Shown here piece after piece: positions 25,978 through 32,000 of a stretch of DNA of 32,000 nucleotides. Both the position numbers and the translations under genes were made by a program. The stretch is from positions 1,740,001 to 1,772,000 of the forward strand of contig JAIZWK010000001.1 in NCBI GenBank assembly GCA_021498095.1, written 5' to 3'. Under the pieces are notes generated by a model. The model did no database searches. It saw nothing but the letters and a program-made list of their open reading frames with translations, and was not told where the DNA came from. Source of the stretch: Candidatus Harpocratesius repetitus. GTDB taxonomy: Archaea > Asgardarchaeota > Lokiarchaeia > Sigyniarchaeales > Promethearchaeaceae. The first letter of the stretch is position 1. The number at the start of each line of letters is the position of its first letter.

Positions 25978-28900
25978 TTTTCTTTCCTTTGAACGTTTTT
26001 CATATTAATTTTTAAAGATGTTTCTTTCTTTTGAAAAAATATATTGATAAAATTGCTAATTGTGAAAATACTTAATGCTATAATTAAAAAAATGCATAGA
26101 ATTAGACTAATTTCATTTAAATCTGAAAAAATTGGAAAAGTAAAATCACTCGGAATCTCCTCAGCGATTCGTGAACTATTACTTAAAAGTTCAAATTTTA
26201 TAAAACTTAAAGCGGTCAAACTTCCAATTGGAATACTTATTATTAGTGATGTAATTAAAATAATTCCAAATTCAACTATTCTAATTGTAATTAGTTGATT
26301 TTTCTTCATACCTCTACCCAAAAGACGGTTTTCAATTGGTTTTGATGAATTAAGGAAAATTTGAGACAGAATTGCAATTTCTCCTATAACAAAAAACCCT
26401 ATTATTATAAAATCATAATAGAGTAAACCAAAAATATTCGATAAATTTCCTTCATTTCCGATCTTAATTGGTGAAACCTCATCCCAATTTGGATCTTGAA
26501 ATTGAATTACAGGAAATTTACAATAATTCGATAGAAACTTTAGCATTGTATTATATAATAATTCTTGATTTGTATCTTTAGAGAAATCCTTTAATTTTAT
26601 CAAAGAATGAAATTCTTCACCCAATAAAGCTTCATTTTCTGTTAAGGCTTCATTATAGTCAATTAAAATTATATCTGAGATATCATTCACGCTACTATAA
26701 TAAACTCCAGGAAAAATATCTATTGCACCAATAATTTGCACTGGGTGATCAATATATTGTTGATTGTCTGGAGTAGCATAATAATGAAGTGAAATCATAA
26801 TTCTATCTCCGATTTCTAAATTATTTTTTCTTAGAAAATGTGAACTTACAATAATACCGGTAAAATTTTCATTTTCTCGGTTAAATTTGATTAATTCTTC
26901 CAAACTGGAATAAAGATTTGGGTTTACATCTAATAGCTTATTTTGCTTGAAGATCGTGAAATATTTTTCTGTTTCAAGTGAAATTACTTGGATTTTTCTT
27001 TGGGTTACTGGATTTAAATCCATTGTTTGAGAATAATAACAATAATCGCTCTTATAGTAAAAAGCTAAATCTTGAATGATCTTTTGGTTTGTTAAATCAG
27101 TTAAATTTCTAAATTTGTTTTGAAACGATACAATATCACTTTGATTTTTAAAATAAGGATCTTCATAAGAAATACTAACATCTGCTCCAATCTGAAAGAT
27201 TTCAGGCATTCTTGAATAATTTGATGTAGTATTACTCAGAATATTTAATGCAATAACCCCTGAAAAAAGAAGGGTCAATTGAATTAAAATTGCATTCCAT
27301 TTTTTTTTTCCTATCAAATTAACTGAAATATATTTGTCAAATTCACCGAGGGTTATATGTGACATAATTTTTACTAATTTTGCATAGAATTTAGGGCGTT
27401 CTAATGAAATAATCCGAATTACTCCAATTATTATCATAATTACACCAATAAAAAAACTAAATTCGATAATTTCATAGTTATTTTGTAATGTTGAAAAGAA
27501 ATCTATCATTAAATCAGAAAAAACCATTTTATTTTTCAGAATTAATAAGAAAAATAAGATGATTGGAATAAATCCAAAAATAAGCAATAACCAGGTTTTT
27601 ATTGATACTTGGTTCTGCCATTCTTCTTTTTCTTCTTTAAAAATTTTAGTTCCAAATAATGATTTAATTTTATTGAAGAGTATATTGGGGTATTTTAATT
27701 TTTCATTTCTTCTTGTTTCTGTTTCTGTTTTCGCTTTATTATTAATATAATTCTCGATTTTTAAATCTGAATTTTTTGTTGAATTCTTCTTTTTTGTTTT
27801 AGTAGAAAATAAAATAAATTCATCTAAATTTGCAGAGTAATCTTCTTTTATTTTTATTTTTGGGGCTAATTTTTCCAAATTTAATCGAGAAATCATACGT
27901 AAGATTTGAATTATTGATATGAAATTAATTATAATACTTAAAATAAAGCCCCATAATAGCGCATTAATGTTCATTTCAAAGGTTAAGTTTACTCCTGTAT
28001 CTTTTAGAAATATATCATGGAAAACTTGATCATATAGGTAGAAAGTACCAATTCCTAAAGCAATTCCGAGAGATGAACTGATAAATGCGTTAATAAATCC
28101 ATCAAATATAATAATCTTCTTTAGAATTTTGTTTTTAAATCCCATTGATTTTAAATAGAAAAGTTCTTTTTCCTTCCTTTTTTTCGATGATTTCATCAAT
28201 AAAATACTAATTGTCAATGAGAATAGTATTATGGGCATATATATTAATTGAAAAAGAACTTTTGATTGTTTAAAATCATCATAAAATAATTTCATATTAC
28301 TGCTTAAAAGATCAACAAATCCATGATCAATTGGTAAATAAATAGATAAATTCTGAGAAGCAGATTGAATTGTGGATATTTGGTGCCGAATTTGATTGAA
28401 ATTTAATATTTCACGATCATATAATAAAAGATAACCTGATCGTGTATAAGAAGTGCGTAAATATTGATAATACCACTCATCTTGAGCAATTTCTTGATGC
28501 AATATTTGAAAGGGGTGTTGCATATCAGGACCACTAAAATTATAATATGAAAACATTGCAGGTTCATCAAATTTTGAAACAGAAAATGGAATTTCTCGAT
28601 TAGCGAGATAATCTTCATATGTATAAGAATATATAAAATGCTCTGTATCAAAGACATATTCATTTTGTACAGCTAAATATATGCCAGATATAGTTACATT
28701 CTTTAGTTGAAATGCTTTATATTGCACAATTGGAGGAGAATATTCGAGATCAGAACCAATTAACATAGTAATATTTGTGGTCTGTCCTGTCTTTAATCCA
28801 AGCTGTTGAGCAAAGCGATATTCTATAAGTATCTCATTAGGATTATTTGGTGTTGTTCCTTCAATAACTTTAAAGTATTGTTTAAATCGACTTGAATTAT

Positions 28901-29372
28901 AATAATTATTATCAAAAACAATGAATTCAATTTCAGTCGCATTTAATTTCCTTTGATAATCGAAAAGACTAACAGTAGATAAAGGATTAATCGTAGCCCA
29001 TTGATTATGTACCCAAAAACCTTCTTCAATATTTAAAATCCCGTATTGACATACTTCTTCGATTTGCAAACTCGATCTAGAGATGGCATTCATTACTTCT
29101 TTGTAATCTTTTTCAAAATTGAGAGAATACTCTAGTTTTGGGATTGCTGAATGATGTTCGCCATAGATTTGTTTATGACTTATCTCAAAATCAGGAACAA
29201 AATCAAAGGATTTATTAAATTGATATGAGAAAAGCGCATTATTATAATAACTTAGTCCAACAATCATTGAAATGGCAATACTGATACTAAAGATGATCAA
29301 CCATTGATTTTTTAAGTTGTAAATCGATTTTTTCCAATAGAATCCAATAAATGAACCCATAGAATCCCTCAA
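25974..29372 (-). CDS. FtsX/MacB-type ABC permease with duplicated architecture (1132 aa)
   Basis: Same layout (EGTTPNNPNEILIE, LKSMGF, LLGRGM) and visibly paralogous to the downstream permease. Confidence 0.88.
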   Translation of the reverse strand: MRDSMGSFIGFYWKKSIYNLKNQWLIIFSISIAISMIVGLSYYNNALFSYQFNKSFDFVPDFEISHKQIYGEHHSAIPKLEYSLNFEKDYKEVMNAISRSSLQIEEVCQYGILNIEEGFWVHNQWATINPLSTVSLFDYQRKLNATEIEFIVFDNNYYNSSRFKQYFKVIEGTTPNNPNEILIEYRFAQQLGLKTGQTTNITMLIGSDLEYSPPIVQYKAFQLKNVTISGIYLAVQNEYVFDTEHFIYSYTYEDYLANREIPFSVSKFDEPAMFSYYNFSGPDMQHPFQILHQEIAQDEWYYQYLRTSYTRSGYLLLYDREILNFNQIRHQISTIQSASQNLSIYLPIDHGFVDLLSSNMKLFYDDFKQSKVLFQLIYMPIILFSLTISILLMKSSKKRKEKELFYLKSMGFKNKILKKIIIFDGFINAFISSSLGIALGIGTFYLYDQVFHDIFLKDTGVNLTFEMNINALLWGFILSIIINFISIIQILRMISRLNLEKLAPKIKIKEDYSANLDEFILFSTKTKKKNSTKNSDLKIENYINNKAKTETETRRNEKLKYPNILFNKIKSLFGTKIFKEEKEEWQNQVSIKTWLLLIFGFIPIILFFLLILKNKMVFSDLMIDFFSTLQNNYEIIEFSFFIGVIMIIIGVIRIISLERPKFYAKLVKIMSHITLGEFDKYISVNLIGKKKWNAILIQLTLLFSGVIALNILSNTTSNYSRMPEIFQIGADVSISYEDPYFKNQSDIVSFQNKFRNLTDLTNQKIIQDLAFYYKSDYCYYSQTMDLNPVTQRKIQVISLETEKYFTIFKQNKLLDVNPNLYSSLEELIKFNRENENFTGIIVSSHFLRKNNLEIGDRIMISLHYYATPDNQQYIDHPVQIIGAIDIFPGVYYSSVNDISDIILIDYNEALTENEALLGEEFHSLIKLKDFSKDTNQELLYNTMLKFLSNYCKFPVIQFQDPNWDEVSPIKIGNEGNLSNIFGLLYYDFIIIGFFVIGEIAILSQIFLNSSKPIENRLLGRGMKKNQLITIRIVEFGIILITSLIISIPIGSLTALSFIKFELLSNSSRIAEEIPSDFTFPIFSDLNEISLILCIFLIIALSIFTISNFINIFFQKKETSLKINMKNVQRKEK

Positions 29373-29406
29373 TGTTCAGAAACTGTTTCACTTTTGTTTT
29401 TTTACT

Positions 29407-30456
29407 TTATTTTAATTTTGCTTTTTCTAAATCAAAAGCTGTGATTGTAATATAGGAGATTTCATTACATTCTTTGCAGAATATCGCTGTTCGTTCAATG
29501 ACTTTATTATCACATATTTGTGCAAAAACTTCATCAACATCTAATTTTTTCACAATATTTCTACTATGACAATGCGGACATATTTCAATATCTTTCAAAT
29601 ATGGATAATTTTTTTGTTGAATTATTTGAGATGTTTTTGTATCAGTACGAGATGAATGAATATCGATAATAAAATCATCTCCATTAAATGATTGATTATA
29701 GTTTTTCCCCTCTTTTTGCATACTCTCTATTCGACGTACAAATTGTCCATCTCGAATGACTAGAGTATAATCTGCTATTTTTCGAAGCGCAGGATCGTGA
29801 GTTACAATTAAAAGTGCTTTGTTAGGATTTGATGCCATAAATTCTTTGAAAACTGTCATTATATTTTCTGCTGAAACTGAATCGACATTTGCAGTAGGTT
29901 CATCTGCAATTACAATGGATGGATCGTTGGCAAATGCCATTGCAATTGAAAGTCGTTGCTTTTCTCCACCTGATAAAGTGCTAGGGCGATGGTGGATTCT
30001 GTGTTCTAACCCTACTTTTTTTAAAAGATCTTCAACTCTCGCGCGCCGTTCTGATTTCGATAATTTTCCCAAAACGATCATAGGTAATTCTACATTCCCT
30101 GCAGCTGTTAAACTAGGTATAAGATTAAAAGATTGGAAAACAATACCTATTTCTTCTTGTAGTAGTTTTTGAATACCTTCATCTCGTAATTTGGTAATTT
30201 CCATACCTTTGATTTTTACAGAACCTGCATTTGGGCGCTCAATTCCACAAAGGCAATTCAAGAGTGTAGTCTTTCCAGAACCACTTGGACCCATAATTAC
30301 GATAAGTTCTCCAGGATATATTTTTAAATCGATTCCCCTGAGCGCCATTACTTCAATTTTTTTTTGCTTGAAGATTTTGTAAACACCAGAAAGTTCTACA
30401 ATGGGAATTCGTTCCCCTTCTAATTTCGTTGTTGAAGACAAAACTTCATCTGCCAT
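29407..30456 (-). CDS. LolD/MacB-family ABC ATPase with a C-terminal zinc ribbon
   Basis: Walker A GPSGSGKTT, Q-loop VFQSFNL, signature LSGGEKQR, Walker B IADEPT, H-loop VTHD, and C-terminal CPHC...CKEC. Confidence 0.95.
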   Translation of the reverse strand: MADEVLSSTTKLEGERIPIVELSGVYKIFKQKKIEVMALRGIDLKIYPGELIVIMGPSGSGKTTLLNCLCGIERPNAGSVKIKGMEITKLRDEGIQKLLQEEIGIVFQSFNLIPSLTAAGNVELPMIVLGKLSKSERRARVEDLLKKVGLEHRIHHRPSTLSGGEKQRLSIAMAFANDPSIVIADEPTANVDSVSAENIMTVFKEFMASNPNKALLIVTHDPALRKIADYTLVIRDGQFVRRIESMQKEGKNYNQSFNGDDFIIDIHSSRTDTKTSQIIQQKNYPYLKDIEICPHCHSRNIVKKLDVDEVFAQICDNKVIERTAIFCKECNEISYITITAFDLEKAKLK

Positions 30457-30549
30457 AATAAGATAGAGAAGGTCTTATGATTTTAAAATATATTAATTAT
30501 AAGAAATGAAAGTTCATTTTTTACTGAATTAGGAAATAGAAAATTATCG

Positions 30550-31548
30550 TTATTTATCGATAAAATCGCCAAATGGTGGAACTTTGTATAAATCATTATA
30601 ACTTTTCAATAAACTTCGATTGATATGCATTCCCTTCTCGTCTTTAATTAAAATGTCTTTATTTTCCAAAGTTTTGACATGGTATTGAATTGCTCCATGG
30701 TAAACACCAAGTCTTCGAGCAATTTCAGATAAACCAATGTTTTCTTCTTTTAAAAGAATCTTGATAATATCTACGACTAATGGATTTGAAAAAAGGACAA
30801 CAAATTCATCAAATATTTCAGGTAAATTAGCTAAGAAATAATTAAGAGTTCTACCAATTTTCTTAGAACGAACTAGTCCAAAAGCTTCTAAAACCATAAC
30901 ATGTTTAATAAAGGGATTCCGAGTAATACCAATTACTTCTTCTATTCGGGTGTCTCTTGCATGAGTACCTGGATAATCATGAATAAAAGAAAGTACTTGT
31001 TGTAAGGTTTTTGTACCTAAAATTTCTCTACGCGTGCGACGTTGATCAGAAACAATCCAACGTTTTTCTGATAATGATTTAATTGCTTGGAATATTTGCT
31101 CTTTTGAATATCCTTTACTATGAGTTAATTTTGCAATGCACTTTGAATATAATTTCTCCATTAAAGGACTAAGCATTTCCACTCTTTCTACTTGAATATC
31201 TGCTTTATATCGCTTTTGTTTTAAGATGTCTTCAGCTATTCGAAGAACATTTTTTTCCAAATCCGAAAGATCTTCAAATTCTTTATGAATTTTTTCTAGC
31301 GGATCGATTTTTGCTGCTTTAAACGCTTGAATTGTTCGTTCACTTGAAATTGACTTAGATGATTTATTTGATTTAGTTGATTGGGGAAAAGGTGCTAAAT
31401 TAAGTGGTATTGAGCTTAAACTGGCATTATTTTTACGAAGGATTGAGGTATCAACTGTATTATTTAATGGCGTCTTAGGATTTTCTTCTTTTTTTTCTTT
31501 ATTAATTTCTTCTTTTTCAATGTGTTTAATAAGTTCTTTTTCAGCCAT
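30550..31548 (-). CDS. Multi-winged-helix transcription regulator (ArsR/MarR-like tandem HTH) with a disordered N-terminus
   Basis: HDYPGTHAR...KHVMVLEAFGLVRSKKIGRTLNYF and IGLSEIARRLGVYHGAIQYHVKTLE. ATG 31548 (MAEKE) is preferred over TTG 31560. Confidence 0.8.
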   Translation of the reverse strand: MAEKELIKHIEKEEINKEKKEENPKTPLNNTVDTSILRKNNASLSSIPLNLAPFPQSTKSNKSSKSISSERTIQAFKAAKIDPLEKIHKEFEDLSDLEKNVLRIAEDILKQKRYKADIQVERVEMLSPLMEKLYSKCIAKLTHSKGYSKEQIFQAIKSLSEKRWIVSDQRRTRREILGTKTLQQVLSFIHDYPGTHARDTRIEEVIGITRNPFIKHVMVLEAFGLVRSKKIGRTLNYFLANLPEIFDEFVVLFSNPLVVDIIKILLKEENIGLSEIARRLGVYHGAIQYHVKTLENKDILIKDEKGMHINRSLLKSYNDLYKVPPFGDFIDK

Positions 31549-31616
31549 ACTTTGATTCAATCCTGGTAAACCTTATGATTAAGAATTTTTTAATCATCTC
31601 ATTTCTTTTATTTTTT

Positions 31617-32000
31617 TTATTGATTTTTATTTGTTTTTTCTAAAATATATACAAATTCATCTAAATCTTCTTCTGGCAAATATTTCAATTGATTTATTAA
31701 AAAATCTTGTTCTTCCCTTGCCATATCTAAGGAACGAATGCGATTTATATATTGTGTATTGATTAAATCTTCTGATTTATTAACATTTTCAAGCTCTTTA
31801 ATATACTTTTTTTGAGCATTTTTGTTTAAATATAAGAACGCTTTGGAAATTTCATCCTTTTCTCCATTTGAAATGGGTAATTTAATTAATCGCGCTCTAA
31901 TTTCTGGATCCAGTACTGTGAAGATTATTTTCGAAATTTGTCCTTCAGGAGGGACTGGACGGATATTTTCTTGTTTAATTGAATGATTTGGATGTGCTAA
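31617..32000 (-). CDS. 3' end of a hypothetical protein, truncated by the window edge and not in the track
   Basis: Open frame from 32000 (LAHPNHSIKQENIRP...YILEKTNKNQ) to TAA at 31619-31617, 127 codons. Confidence 0.75.
   Translation of the reverse strand, partial: LAHPNHSIKQENIRPVPPEGQISKIIFTVLDPEIRARLIKLPISNGEKDEISKAFLYLNKNAQKKYIKELENVNKSEDLINTQYINRIRSLDMAREEQDFLINQLKYLPEEDLDEFVYILEKTNKNQ

Noticed and set aside
2817-30382. Short track ORFs overlapping real genes (2817, 4438, 5061, 5156, 6267, 8013, 9408, 11298, 12225, 14408, 16791, 17618, 19425, 21355, 22425, 22775, 26044, 27559, 28403, 29819, 30191)
   Set aside because: These are antisense or out-of-frame shadows of well-supported genes and have no motifs.
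1-32000. CRISPR arrays, tRNAs, rRNAs
   Set aside because: No regularly spaced repeats, cloverleaf/TTCGA signatures or rRNA-like GC-rich tracts were seen.

Overview
AT-rich archaeal chromosomal window, most likely from an Asgard archaeon (Lokiarchaeia/Promethearchaeota-like). The assignment is an inference from rpS26e, archaeal-type ThrRS, TFB, Gar1, Taw1, a roadblock-like protein and giant FtsX-type permeases. Most genes are housekeeping: psd, class I fumarase alpha/beta, mobB, rps26e, a CDP-alcohol phosphatidyltransferase, tfb, gar1, engB, a HAD phosphatase, thrS, taw1 and a MacB/LolD-type ABC operon with a multi-wHTH gene upstream. There are also several orphans and a decayed IS607-family tnpA. 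The main unannotated signal is a ~325-nt structured minus-strand RNA (about 12758-13082) with its own TATA/BRE. It has at least two K-turn-capped hairpins, each with a pocket and a correctly spaced ACA box, i.e. a multi-hairpin box H/ACA pseudouridylation guide. Its pockets look complementary to the 23S A-loop (H92) and possibly H69. Other oddities are a winged-HTH inserted in the Taw1 radical-SAM enzyme, a Cys-to-Asp change at the ThrRS zinc ligand, a Nob1-like PIN fused to a TPR-like solenoid, and an AIR-synthase-like protein lacking two conserved Asp residues. The supplied ORF track mislabels the strand of tfb, gar1, engB, 17229-18026 and shadow ORF 19425-19787; all read on the minus strand. 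rRNA target sequences and family consensus motifs are recalled from memory and need database confirmation.
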